Part shown: positions 1 through 12,889 of the stretch, piece by piece
Layout of the letters: each line of letters begins with the position of its first letter
Position numbering within the stretch: position 1 is the first letter of the stretch
From: Chiloscyllium plagiosum
Lineage: Eukaryota
Direction of reading: 5' to 3'
Assembly (NCBI RefSeq): GCF_004010195.1
Contig: NC_057719.1
Span: 15,518,589 to 15,582,588 of the forward strand
Length of the DNA: 64,000 bases
Notes under the pieces: generated by a model
Databases searched by the model: none
Seen by the model: the letters and a program-made list of their open reading frames with translations, nothing else
Told to the model about the DNA's origin: nothing
Position numbers and translations under genes: made by a program

Positions 1-200
1 ATTTCCTGTGAATCAAATGGGTTCTTATGACAATCAATAATGTTGTGTGATTGCTGTTAGACTCGCTTTTAATTCAAGGTTTTAAAAAAAAGTCAAACTT
101 CACTCTCTGTCTTTTGGAATTTGAATTCTTATCCTCCAGACCTTATTCTGGGTGTCTGGATTACTAGCCTAATGACACTAACTACACAACTGCCTCCCCA
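1..200 (-). mobile_element. Degenerate tRNA-headed SINE or LINE 5' end (SacSINE1-like family)
   Basis: Reverse-complement similarity to 58407-58742 and same-strand similarity to 12680-12870. Confidence 0.55.
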
Positions 201-294
201 AAATTCTACAATGTAACCAGTCGAGAAGAATGTAAGTGAGTGTGTGGTATTTGTAATTTAATGAGAACATGGTTAAAGTGAGCTGTTGTGTAAC

Positions 295-400
295 AAAACA
301 AAAAACAAAATTGCTGGGAAAACTCAGCAGGTCTGGCACCATCTGTGGAGAGAGAAAGCAGAGTTAACATTTAGGGTACAATGGCCCTTCTTCAGAACTG
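295..400 (-). mobile_element. Penelope-like pLTR fragment
   Basis: ttgctgggaaaactcagcaggtctggc...gagttaacatttagggt...cccttcttcagaact; reverse of the copies at 21410 and 27590. Confidence 0.7.
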
Positions 401-1325
401 ATTAACTACGATCGGATAACAAATTTAGGTGATAAACATAGTTACACATATGGAGGCAGTGATATTTTGAAGACTATATTTGGTTCAGCAAATTCTTTAT
501 GTAAAGTCATGTTGTTTGCCCATTCCATTTATCAGAGGAAAGTTTCCATTATTATTCATCAATACCTGAGGCTGTTTGAAGTACATCATCATATCTAAAA
601 TCTTCTGAGTACTTCATTTTAAATGTGCTTTAGCTGGATAATCAGAACAGAAAAATGACTAAGAAGTCTATGGAAAAGCTGTACTTGAGTGTAAAAGTTT
701 CATTCCCCTAAAGAGGCATATCGACCAACCTTAGCTGATCCGGCATACACAGCTTGAAGCTTGCATAATAGGTTAACTTCTAATGCTGTCTAGCAAGTAA
801 CACACTTACTTCAAGAATGTTCATCACTAGTTCATCTTAGGGTAACTAAGGATGTCTGGTAAGTGTGCACTTTGCCTACATCACACAAGTTCCAAGAGCA
901 AGTGTAACTTTGAAAGAGGATTACTTGGGAAGCAATATCTTATCTCAAAAAGCTAAAGGTAAGTACCGATGAGAATCCTTGTTCTGTCAGTCTAGGTCAG
1001 CCTTTGAAATATTATTGTTGTCCTTGTGAAATCATCTTGAATGACTCCAGAATTTTTCAACCAGGAGCTGAAATGGTGCCACCACAGAAGTGCTAGAGTA
1101 CCAATGGCAATGATAGCCTGTGTCTAAAGTCAGTTAACAGTGCAAACTGGAAATAAATCCGGAAATAATCCTCGATTTGTACAGCTCAGCTTGTCACTAC
1201 ATAAACTTAATAAGCTAAACAACTGACTTTGAAATCAAATATTCAAGTTTTTAAAAATCTATATTTTTATAAGAAACATAGATTGGTACTGTTGACTAAA
1301 AATAAAATTGTTTCTAAATTCACAG

Positions 1326-1458
1326 GTCTCATAGACCAGTTATGCTCTCTGTAAACTTTGTGATGATGACTGCTTAACTCATGCCTGAAAGTTTTATTGG
1401 ACTTCGCCCAGTTCCACAGAATGGCAGCTGTAATTCTACCCATTGTAGAATCTAAGTG
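1326..1458 (+). pseudogene. Exon-like segment with in-frame stops (candidate decayed gene)
   Basis: Acceptor ttctaaattcacag, donor gtaaat; reads GLIDQLCSL*TL***LLNSCLKVLLDFAQFHRMAAVILPIVESK, resembling an ARM/HEAT helix. Confidence 0.3.
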
Positions 1459-3865
1459 GTAAATTCATGTTTTAATGTTCATGAGTACAGCAGTTTTGTT
1501 ATTTTTAGTCACTAATTCTACTATATAAACATTGTAATTTAGGGAAAAATGTAAACAAATTTAAAAAGATCTAACCAAAAGGTTGTGGTCCCTGAAGATC
1601 TCATGTGTTTTTGCTTTCTCCCAATAAAAGTATTATGGATTTTGTAGTTAGTTTTGCTATTACTACTAGATTTCTTCTGACCTTTCATTTAGTTTCCTCA
1701 TATTTTGTTTTGAAAAGAAAAACTCTAACATTAAACACTGTCGAGTTTTAAGATATTGAGGGCAAACTATGTTAGCATCCAAAATAACCATGAATTGAAA
1801 TGCGTGATGCAAGATGAATTGCTGTTCATTTCAATTATTTCAACGTACATCTTCATTAACTTGCTTTTGATTGACTAGGTGCATCAAAAGAAGACCAGTG
1901 TTGCAAAGGGGAGGTCTATTGTGTTTGGAGTGCATTTGTCAGTCTTGTTAGAAATGACTGATTTGTGTAAAATTTAACAATGATACAAAATAGGAAAGTG
2001 CAGACACCAAAGCTTTCAGAAGCTGCAGCAAGGGGCTATGGTTAAAAAAGAATGTAGAAAAGTGGTGAAATGTCTGCCTTCTCAAGGACAACTAGGGGTA
2101 GGCAATAAAATGCCAGCCAACTGGCAATGCCCACATCCCATGAGTGAATTTAGGAAAACCTACCAAGGTGTCAGAGCAATTTTTCCTTTAGGCTATATAT
2201 ATGGTGGAGCAGCAAACTGTTAGCCCTACATACTAATCAGCCCATTTAAGTTATTGTATGTATGTGACCATGAAAAACATTTTTAAGGAACCATGCATAC
2301 AATGCACTCGTGTATTCCAGAAATAACTTAGCCAGAAGGTCCACCAGACACAAAATCAAGACAACAGGAGTAGCTTTCCATGGAAAGCAGTGTTAGTCAT
2401 CAAGTTCCAAGAACCTGAATATAATGTTGCAAAAATTTCTGTGGCCTAACATAACTGGTTACGGTCAGTGAATGTATCAATAAATCCTATCTTTCATACT
2501 GGAAACAGACACTACTTAATTTGCTATTTTCCAATGGCTCACCTATCAATAATTTCTATAGATTAGTACTTAGACCTGAAATTCACAAGCACCACAACAA
2601 ACCACAAACTCACTTTTTTTCACAGATTGCATGTCATGCCAGCTATTCACTGACTTTTTGCCAGCCACATCACTCAGATGAATTACATGAAATTCATGGA
2701 CGAGTTTCTTCTTTCTAAGTCACCGTGCAGAAGTAGCAGAAGCTAATTGGAGAAAGACAAGTGTGCCTTCATGTCAAGGTGTCTGGCCATTATTTGGAAA
2801 GTTATTGGTAGGAGTGTGGCCAATGGTAGTGATGAAACTGATGAGGATGCTCAAACTTAATCATCACCCTGTCTTCCACATTCACCTGAATTACAAGGTG
2901 AAGGTGAATTGCTTGATGCACAGAAAGTACCAGATCTGCAACTAACTTGGCACATAGTTTTCACGTTCTGCACAAAACTCTGCTTCCCAACATGGGAGTC
3001 GTGGCTACATCTCTTCCTACACTTGGTGTTCAACCATGATGCAGCATCAATGACCACTTTTGCATCTTCAACTGTGGCACATGCAGCAGCTGCCAAAGAT
3101 TTTCCTTGATGCAATGCAATTTCAGATTCAATGTTTTTGTGCTTCTAAAGTGCAGTATTCACAGGGGCTTGGAGAGTGTTGCAGCAATCCAGCCATCAGT
3201 CCTCCAAATTATTAGTGGGATTGCTGAGGTGAAACACTGGGTGAGTGGCGCAACTCTGGATGTTTTCTCCCTGGGGCCTTGCTACTGATAGTTGTCAACT
3301 GTATTAATTCTAAAGACAGGCCCCCAGATGTGCTTATGATACTCCATTATCTTCCATTGAAAGTCACCAGCCTTCTACCTATCATCCTGCAAAGGAACAC
3401 AAAAACAAGTCAAGGCACGCGGAAGATAAGCACAAAGTGCTATTGGTTGATTTGTGTATGCACTGTTTCATTATTTGGTATTTGGTATGAAATGTTTATT
3501 TTGTGTTGGCTTTAGTATTGTTGTCAAACAGTCACTGTAATAGTGACAGAGGAAAGCCAAGGGGTAAATAAGCAATAGGATTATGAACATACAAGCATAT
3601 GAATCAGGAGCACAGATGCTGCTCGATCTGAGTTTCTCCAGTACTTTGTTTTTATTTCATTCTTTCAGCATCCGCAGTATTTTGTTTTTATGTTTTTATA
3701 TTTAGTTCAATAAGGTTTTGATCTAGAGTTTTAACCAGGCTTCTTGAAAGTAGCTAACTAATGTGGCTAAATCTTCAGTTTTGTCCAGCATCCATTATCA
3801 TATTATTGTCAATTGTACACTGTGAGCATTACGGGGAGTGTTTTTTCCAGACTTTTAAAAAAAAT

Positions 3866-4037
3866 AGATTAGATTAAATTAGATTCCCTACAGTGTGGAA
3901 ACAGGCCCTTCGGCCCAACCAGTCCACACCAACCCTCCGAAGAGCAACCCACCAAGACCCGTTTCCCCTCTGACTAATGCACTTAACACTATGGGCGATT
4001 TAGCACAGCCAGTTCATCTGCCCTGCACATCTTTGAT
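3866..4037 (-). mobile_element. HE1/V-SINE-like SINE, 3' part
   Basis: Tail gattag repeats plus cagtgtggaaacaggcccttcggccc, shared with the full copy at 21817-22116. Confidence 0.8.
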
Positions 4038-4399
4038 CACATTAGACATATATAATGTTCTCAACTTATTGTTTTGATGAATGGACTAACCAGTCAGAAA
4101 GGGTCTCAAGTGCAAGGACTCATCATACTTTGGCATTGCATCTCGAGGTTTGAATAGAAAGTAAGGATTTGTCTGCCATTGACAATGAAGGTACAGCATA
4201 TGTATGTTATATGACATCAACAATGTAATGGGCAGACCTCCTGCAGAAATATCCAGCTTCACAAATACCAATTTTCGGTTAATTTAATACACTTCACATA
4301 TTATCAAGAAATGGCTGGAGACACTGAATAGTGAATAGACAATGGGCCCTTACAGTATTCTAGAAAAATATTGAAGACATACACTATAACTTTGTGCAC

Positions 4400-4920
4400 A
4401 CTTAGCAAAGTTGTTCCTATACAGCTACAGTACTGGATACTTGCCATTGACCAGAAACTGAACTGAATTAGCCGTATAAATGCTGATGACCCGGTTCCTA
4501 CAACAGTCAAGAGGCTTGACACTATCAAGGACAAAGCAGTCTATTTGATTGGCACTATATCCATAAATATACTCCCTCTACCGATACTTAGTAGCAGCAG
4601 TGAGTACAAGATGCAATGCTGATTTTAACCATAGCTGCTTAGAAGTACCTACGCCCATTAACATTTAGAGGACAAGGGAAGCAGATGCATGGAAATACCA
4701 TCACCTACCCATTCCCCTCCAAGCCCCCCACAGTCCTGACTTGGAAATATAAAACTGTTCCTTAAGTGTTGCTGGCCTAAAATTCTGAAACTGCATTCCT
4801 AAAAGTGTTGTGATTGTATTTCCACTAAATGGACTGCAGCAGCTCAAAAAGCAAATCACCACTACCTTGTAAAGGGCAGCGAGGAACAGCGATGTCTACA
4901 TCCCACAAATGATTAAAATA
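4400..4920 (+). mobile_element. Old L2/CR1-clade LINE 3' end
   Basis: Same 3' region as 15480-15805, 45570-45850 and the reverse of 11600-11760 (ggactgcagcagttcaa...tcacc...ggcaa tail). Confidence 0.7.
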
Positions 4921-5154
4921 AAAGAGCTGATTTCTGTTTGTGCCTTTGGGGAGCACTTATGGGTACCAATTTCTGCTTGCGCTTCTTTCAGACTGCACAA
5001 GAAGGAGCAAATTATTCCTTTGTTCTTTATTTTCTTTGTTGAAAGGTGTCTTCAATTTGCAATTTAAGTTTATGGCATACAAAAAGTGTAGATTTATCTG
5101 CCATCATTCTTGGGCGTATACCAAAAGTAGTTTTTTACTTTCTGCACAATTCAG

Positions 5155-5251
5155 AATAAGCAGTTGCTGGACTCATGGATTTCACATACCTGGCAGTTGC
5201 ACATGTCCAGAATGATAGTATCAAAGCTCTGAAATTATGACTTGAAATAAG
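5155..5251 (+). pseudogene. Exon-like segment with in-frame stops (candidate decayed gene)
   Basis: Acceptor ttttttactttctgcacaattcag, donor AG|gtgatt; reads *AVAGLMDFTYLAVAHVQNDSIKALKL*LEI. Confidence 0.3.
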
Positions 5252-5619
5252 GTGATTAATAAAAGGTGAATGGAATTGAATTTATAGATTAAACCATCAA
5301 CTTGGTTGACAAAAAATGTCCTTGGTCAAATCTTCTCCCAATATAAGTGAGAGATCTCTGGCTTGAATGAACAGCAATTAGACGTATACGCATTCACGTC
5401 TAGGGTTAGGTGGAGAGATGCTACTGAGGTGTCACACTTCAAATTAATAGGGCAATGATTTTATTGAATAGAATTATAAACTTCAGACCCTAGCCATTGG
5501 CTCTAACTGTCCTTGTTTCTGAGGTTGAACCAAACTGTAACGTTTTGGACATATTTGATGAGATTCTGATGAAATATCTGAATCACCATTAAAAATGCTG
5601 ATTTTTATCTCTGGCATAT

Positions 5620-6180
5620 CACTTGACTCTGCCCTTGCTTTGGCTCATTTGATGCTGAAACAATATTTATTCTATCTTTCTTCCGGACTCGACTATTCCA
5701 TGTAGCCCTAGATGACCTCCTGCTTTTTATCTTCCATAAATGTAATGCCATCCAAGTCACTGAGGACTGAATCCTTACTTCCACAAAACTTATTTGTTTA
5801 CCTATCAGCCCTCTTGTTACTAACCTTTGTTGGCATTTGGTCAAACAGCGCCTTGCATTTAAAATTCTCATGTATTCCAAATTCCTCCATAGCTTTGCCT
5901 TTATCAATTGATCAATGAACTTGAGATCTAATTCTGGCATCTTGAGTATCTCTGATTGTAATCAGTACCAATTAGGTGACTATATGTTTGTCTGGGCCCT
6001 AAGCACTGGACCTTCATTACTTAATTTATCTGCCTCTCTATATCTCTTCACTTTAAGAAGTGATAAAACTTAGTTCTTCATCCACCCTCATACCTCCTTA
6101 TGTCGCTTAGTATCAAATGTTGTCTTCTAATGTACCTATGGGAGTGTCTTGGGATGCTTTATTCATTATAAAGTTGCTCT
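5620..6180 (+). mobile_element. Degenerate L2-like LINE 3' fragment
   Basis: Decayed RT C-terminus (gactcgactattcc, tttaaaattctcat) followed by an L2-like 3' UTR. Confidence 0.5.
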
Positions 6181-6229
6181 ATAATTCCAAATTCTTGATA
6201 ACTCAGCAAGCTGATGACATATTGACTCT

Positions 6230-6890
6230 GAGTACTGATACATCAGCTCTGGGTGGCAAGTATTCAGTGGGAGATTTCCTTACTTATATTTGGCTTAATG
6301 CTATGCAAATTCTTGTAGTTATTGTTAATGTACTGACCTTCCAGCGCTTCACCTTCCTGACCATTATACTACCATGTCTGACCTGCTGAAGGGACAGGAC
6401 CAACCCAGAGATGTTGACTGAAAAGTATGATATGAAAATGACTAAATCATGCTTTTACTTGACTTGCCCGTGGAATAGCTGTCCTATTTCTGGTGTAGAT
6501 TCCTAGACATTGGTGAGGTGTACTTTGGGCTGGAGTGATGCCTTTTTGTGTTGAGTGCCTAGGTTGATAAAGGCAGTCAAACTTTTTTTATGTTTTATTC
6601 TTTGACTGGCTTGTGTTCTAGGTCATTCCAAAGTATAGTTGAGAGTTAACCATATTATTATCCATTTGGATTTGTGCATTGATCAAACCAGTCAAAGACA
6701 GATTTCCTTCTTTGAAAGAAATTAATGAACTAGATGGATTTTACAGCAATCTAGTAATATTAGGAGCACCATTATAGGATACTAGCTTTCCATTCTCGAC
6801 TTACGCAACTTGAACTTGTGAGTTTGAACTTGTGTTTCATTACTCCAGAATACTGAATTACGAATCTAATAACATTAACATAAAGTTAAC
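6230..6890 (-). mobile_element. 5' end of the tRNA-headed LINE (second, older copy)
   Basis: Colinear with 12240-12870 (start of the endonuclease region plus SINE-like head). Confidence 0.55.
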
Positions 6891-6959
6891 ATGCCCATAG
6901 CTGAAATGGAAGATGGGCCAAAATCATATTGAATGTCAGTGCAAGGTTTGTATGGTAGA

Positions 6960-8055
6960 CTGGTTAGCAAGGTTAGATCACTTGGAATCCAGGGAGCGCT
7001 AGCCATTTGGATACAAAATTAGCTTGAAGGTTGGAGACAAAGAGTGGTGGTAGGATTGTTTTTAGGATTGGAGACCTGTGACCAGCGGTGTGCCATAAGG
7101 AACAGTGTTGGGTCCACTGTTTTTTGTTAATTAAATAAATGATCTGGATGTGAATATAGGAGGAATGGTTAGTAAGTTTGCAGATGATACCAAAATTGGT
7201 GGTCTAATGGACCGTGGAGAAGGTTATCTCACAGTATAACAGAACGTTGATCAGATGGGCCGATGTTTCGAGCAATGACAGATGGAGTTTAACTTGGATA
7301 AATGCAAGGTATTGCATTTTGGTAAGGCAAATTAGGGCAGGACTTATATACTTAATGGTAAGGTCCTGGGGAGTGTTGCCGAGTGAGGAGGTCTTGGGGA
7401 GCAAATTCATAGATCCTTGAACAGGTGTCACAGGTAGACAATATAGTGAAGAAGGCACTTGTATGCTTGCTTTTATTGGTCAGTGCAATTGCTTTTATTG
7501 GTCAGAGTTGGGATGTCATGTTATGACTGTACAGGAGATTGGTGAGGCCATTTTGGGCATACTGCAAAGATGCTGTTAAACTTGACCAAGGTCAGAAAAG
7601 ATTTACACAGATGTTGCTAGTATTGGAGGGTTTGAGCTATAGGGAGAGGCTGATTAGGTTGGGTTTATTTTCCCTGGAGTGTCAGAGGCTGAGGGTTGAC
7701 CTTATAGAAGTTTATAAAATCATGAGGAGCATACATAAGGTAAAGCCAAAGTATTTTCTCCAGGGCAGGGACTCCAAAACAGGTTTAAGATGAAAGGGGA
7801 AAGATTTAAAAGAAACCTAAAGAGCAACTTTTTCACGTAGAAGGTGGTGCTTGTATGGAATGAGCTGCCAGAGGAGGTGCTGGAGGCTGGTACAATTACA
7901 ACATTTAAAAGGCATCTGGCTGGGTAGATAAATAGGAAGGAATTAGAGGGATATGCGCCAAATGCTGGCAAATGGAACTCGATTAATTTAATGTTCAGCA
8001 TCGAGAGGTTGGACCAAAATGTCTGTTTCCATGCTGTACGACTCTTTGACTCTAT
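6960..8055 (+). mobile_element. CR1 (HER1-like) LINE, 5'-truncated RT and 3' tail
   Basis: Disrupted GVP(Q)GTVLGPLFF and SKFADDTKIGG motifs, RLGLFSLE..RLRVDLIEVYKIM, tail ending gactctttgactctat. Confidence 0.92.
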
Positions 8056-8438
8056 AACAGGCTTGATGGTTTCATTGGCCCATTCCTGTTTCTGTTTCTT
8101 TCTTGATGGATATATAGCATTTTCCTCCTTGCACTGAAATTTACGAAAGTGTGGTTGGAGAAATTTTCCTCATTTGGTGTACATTTTTTGAGCACCTGAA
8201 TTGTCCTTGGAGCTCCAAAACAGTAGCCATGATATTTCAAAAATTTTGTGGAGTGAATTGCATAGAACAGTTCATGGGTGAGGGTATTAACATGTGCACA
8301 GGAAATGTCCATCAAAGGCAGATCATTGGATCAACTAGAGTACAACAGCAGTGCAACATCCATTTTGGAGCTCGACGCTCTGGCTGATGCATTGTCTTGA
8401 CATCATGACTGAATAAGTATTGCACAGCTGAAATAACT

Positions 8439-8655
8439 GTATCGAGGCCGGTGTCCTCTCCCCAAATCACCCTTTAATTATATGTACACAGCCCACTAAC
8501 TGTGGCCAACCAGCTCAGAGTCAGTCCCTGAAGTGAGAAAATTCTGAATCTCCTGTTTGTATCTGTCAGCCAGGGCTCCCCAATTGGGGTTGTTAACCTG
8601 GCCCAATTAAGGATCTCATAGCCAATAAGATCCATCTATTTCCAATCACTGCATC
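8439..8655. mobile_element. Possible short solo LTR
   Basis: About 215 bp block starting tgta and ending tcactgca with distinct composition; no TSD seen. Confidence 0.3.
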
Positions 8656-9363
8656 AATGGTAAGGATAAACCAACGTAGTTTGAAGGAATCATCAACTAC
8701 ATATAGGTGTGTTCCCTGTTGAGTTCTTCTATGCTATGATTCAACACACATTTAATACTTAAGGCTAGTTATCACACACAGATGCAGTAATAGGCCTTTA
8801 TCTTGACATGCGATATGACTTGGATAACGAACAGAAGTATCACACAGCAGGAAGCAGGAGGAGACCTTGACTTTGTTTGTAACTAGATGAGGCCCAAGCA
8901 CTTACCCTTGTAATACCCACTAGTTACATCCTGCCAACCTAAAAATTACTGTTTTCCTATTCTCTGCTTCCTGTTTGTTAATCTGTCTTCAAAGCTGACT
9001 AATGTGCCACCAATAAACCTTAAATTTATGTAATCGGCTCATCCTCAGTACACTGTATATCTATATGCTCCTTTGTGATATGGTGGATCTCTTTCTAGGC
9101 TGCAAATTTAAAGTTATTGTGTGAGTTACAGATAATCTCAGCAACTCTGAACAGTTGGTATTATTATTGCTCGGCGAACATGATGCGCCTGGTATGTACC
9201 TTCATTTAACGTTGCTATTGCATATTGTGAATGCTTTGGTGTGCATCCTGAAGATGTACTTTGCAGTCCAAAACAAAGTCTTGCATGTAAAATATACCAA
9301 AATTAATAGTTTCCCTAATTTCTTTAGTTTCCCTAATTTATCTTTCCTTTTGCCATACTACAG

Positions 9364-9427
9364 TCATGCCATCCAGAGCAAGCGGTTAATCTGGTCCATC
9401 AAGACTTTTTCAACAGACTTGTAGCAG
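9364..9427 (+). other. Candidate internal exon (64 nt) of an unidentified + strand gene or pseudogene
   Basis: Long polypyrimidine tract ending tactacag, donor CAG|gtacgc; one open frame SCHPEQAVNLVHQDFFNRLVA. Confidence 0.45.
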
Positions 9428-10070
9428 GTACGCATAAGAACACCGTGAGGTAACTCTTCCCATTTTAACTTGACAAGTTTCCCTTCCTAATATTAAACAA
9501 ATGCCATTGCTTCTAATTTCAAACCCTATTTAAGGGTTTTGTTTTAACTTGATACGTGTAAATTCTTCAGTCTGCCAGCCATTAACCAAAATAAATCCAC
9601 TCAATTTGTTTGAGTATTTTATGCAATATTTGAAGAATGTTCATGATATGTTATTATTTGGAAACTTAAATTCAACATAGAACAATGGATAGCTTTAATT
9701 CGATTTGTATCTCCATATTGTGTGCATTAAGAAGGGAAGAATTTAGTTTTACTTCTGAATTCTGAGAATGGTTAGCGATGTCTGGAAATAAACTTCAATT
9801 CATTTAATTGATGTTTTTTAAAGGGAAAAAAAATTGTGAGATGAATAGTTCAGTGCTTTCGAGAAAATAGTTTAGAAAAGAAAAATGGACCACAGCAAGA
9901 TGTTCTGTGACACAGAGACAGAAACAAAGAGAGAAGCATCCAGAAAATCAGAGTGTGCAGATAGGATCATGTCATTCTGGGAGAAAAAAAAGTCCTGTAA
10001 GAATAGCAGTTTAGTTTAGCAGTCTCCAGACCATCAGGCAGCAGAAGAGACCTGGGCAGTTCAATATTAG

Positions 10071-10275
10071 TACAGTTGGTTATGCTGTTACACGGTAGTT
10101 CCATCCTTGTTATAAGAAAATCACGTAATAGAAATTTGAACTAATGGGGTCAGATTTGTGTTATAACCTAAACACACTTCCAAAATTCATGCTCTAGAAA
10201 TAGTGTCTCCAATTGTTTAATCACGTTATAGTGAATTTGCATTAACGAAATGCACATTATAGCAGAACAACCTGT
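10071..10275. mobile_element. Tigger/Tc-mariner-like MITE
   Basis: Imperfect TIRs (tacagttggttatgctgtta...ttatagcagaacaacctgt); reverse-complement homolog of 31889-32104. Confidence 0.7.
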
Positions 10276-11599
10276 CAAAGAAACCTTCAGAAACAGAAGC
10301 CCATGGAAAATGAGTTCCAGAATCTATGTTTGGAAGTAAGTAAGCTGCCTTAGTTTTGATAAGGGTCTAATGAAGAGATTCAAATTCAAGAAACTCGCAT
10401 TGAGTGACTGTGAAGATAAAGAAACAAAGCACAAACATGCCAACAGAAGAAGGAACTATGAAGTGGAGACAACATGATCATTCATTTGAGATTTGACTCT
10501 GCGCGATTGTTGAGGCTACGAGGGTTGAATTGCTTTATTCAGATATTTGTAAGAAAACTATTTCAACCAATTCTTGTAAAATGGTTTGTACTTTTGTTTT
10601 CTGTATATTCTTTAATTGATGTTGCTTGGCACCCTCTTGTGAATATATTCAGTGACTGACTCCCATAGTAATAGCATTACAAAAATAAAGCCGATGGGCT
10701 AACAAATCAAATTTCACTTGAGGATCCAACTTATACAGTGTTATTATTAGCTGGGATCATGGAAACAGAAAATAGGAGTAGGTTAATCAGCTTTTGAACA
10801 TTCAGTATGATCATGGCTGATCATCCAACTCAGGTACCCTCTTCCTGCTTTTGCTTTTAGCCCAAAGAACTATATCTAACTACTTTTTGAAAACATTCAG
10901 TCTTTTGTCCTGAACCCATTTCTATGGCAGAGAATTCCACAGGTTTGCCAATGTGGGTGAAGAATTTCTCCAAATCTGTGTCCTAAATGTTTACACTGTA
11001 TCTTTAGACTGTGATACCCCCAACACAACACAAACTGCTGTTGGATTTTTGAGAGGTTTGTAGAACTATAAAACAAACAGATAAATAACAAGTAGGTCAA
11101 TACAACTGGATAGACATTACATTAGTTTTGAATTACTTGAGAGATAATATGCTTTGATTGTGAATTTCTTTAGCCAATAAAGGCCCTCTGGCAGAAACAC
11201 GTCCAAATTTGTGTATCAGTTTAAATTTAGAGAATTGCTGATTCTTAATGCAGAAATCACCTTGGTATTTGTCTTAATAATCATCATAAACCATTCACTG
11301 TATTGCTGTTTGATAATTACCTGCCAAGTTTATTATCCTGGCATTTAATATTCCAGGAGTTAAATTATAGCTATCACTTCATATGACTGTTTGATATCTT
11401 AGGTGAAAAATAAAAGGCCATTTTAATGACTGAAAATCATTTCTGAAAGAATATTATCACAGTTTCTGCTTCACAACTCTTCTGGTAAGTGCAGAGGTTC
11501 ATGAGTCTGGTCTTGTAGCCATATAGAAACATGGTGACAAGAAGATAAAGCTAAAACATTCAGGAAAGGACAGGCAGGAAGTAAAGAATTTTGTTTGCA

Positions 11600-12870
11600 T
11601 TTCTAGTATGTGGCTGTCACTGGCTGGTCAACGTTTGCCTACTCCTAGTTGCCTTTGATAAGGTGATGGTGAGCTGCCTTCTTGAACTACTGCAGTCCAT
11701 GTGCTGTAGGTAGACCAACAATTCCCTTAGGGAAAGAATTCCAGGATTTTGTCCCAGCGTCATTTTTATGTTGCTAGATCTGTTCAAGATGTGTCCCATT
11801 TGTGATAGTGGTAATGCCATACAACATAATGGAGGGTATTCTCTAAGATAAAAGTCAGACTTAATCTCCACATGGACCAATACTGTTATGGATAGATGCA
11901 TGTGCAGTCAGCAGATTAGTAAGGATGAGGTCAAGTATGTTTTTCCAACTTGTTGGTTCCCTCACCACATGCCACAGACCTAGGCCAGCAGCTATACTCT
12001 TGAGGACCTGACCAGCTTGATCACTAGTGCTGCTAAACAGATCTACTTTAGGTGGTTGACATTGAAATCCCCCCACTCGATGTACATTTTGTGCTCTTGC
12101 TGTTCTCAGTGCTTCCTCAAAATGTTGTTCAACACAGAGGAGTGCTGATTTGTCAGCAGAGGGAGGACAATTTGTGGTAATCAGCTTGAGGTTTCCTTGC
12201 TCATGTTTAATCTGATGCCATGAGAGTTCAAGGCATCCAGGGTCAATGTCGAGGACTCCGAAGGCAACTCCCTCCTGACTATATACCACTCTTGCCACCT
12301 CTGTTGGTTTTGTCCTGCTGATGGGATAGGACATATCCAAGAATAATGGTGGTGATATTGTCTGTAAGATATGATTCTGTGAGTATGACTTTGTCAGGCT
12401 GTGAGACAACTTTCCTAATTTTGGCACTAGCTCCCAGATGTTATAAGGAGGACTTTGCAGAGTTGACAGGCCTGTTTCTGTTGTGTCTGGTTTCTAGGTC
12501 TTCACCAGATGGTCCATCTGATTTAATTTCTTTGTTGAGACTTTGTAGTGATTAATATTACTAAATGGTTTGCAAAGCCATTTCAGAGGGCAGTTGAGAG
12601 TTGACCAAATTGCTGTGGGTCTGGAGTCACATGTAGATTATAACAAGTTAGGATGTCAAGATTTCCTTCCCTGATGGACATTAATGAACCAAACAAGTTT
12701 TTCTGGAAAATTAACAATGATTTCAAGGCCATCCACAGATTCTTAATTCCAGAATTTTATTTATTGAATTCAGTTTCCATCATCTGCCATAGTGAGATTC
12801 AAACCAGGGTTCCCCAGTACATTAGCTGAGTTACCTAATGAATAGCAATAATACTACTGGGCTACCTTGG
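11600..12870 (-). mobile_element. Internally deleted L2/CR1-clade LINE: tRNA-like head, APE endonuclease remnant, 3' tail
   Basis: ORF 11861-12427 has APE-like motifs (LITTNCPPS, VVREPTSWKNILDLILTN); tail at 11600-11760; head 12580-12870 matches the SINE at 58407. Confidence 0.8.
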
Positions 12871-12889
12871 TGGTGTATCTTTGTTAGTA

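Noticed and set aside
1353..1394. SECIS element (ATGA...TGA within a stem)
   Set aside because: Spacing is too short for SECIS helix II plus an apical AA loop, and no selenoprotein ORF is evident
2857..3114. Possible Harbinger Myb/SANT-like remnant (KCRKRC)
   Set aside because: Resemblance too weak to support without a profile search
8905..8937. Apparent minus-strand exon with good splice sites
   Set aside because: Encodes GWQDVTSG, a CR1 RT remnant
9835..10765. Possible solo LTR surrounding the MITE
   Set aside because: Starts with TG but has no clear CA end, TSD or second copy
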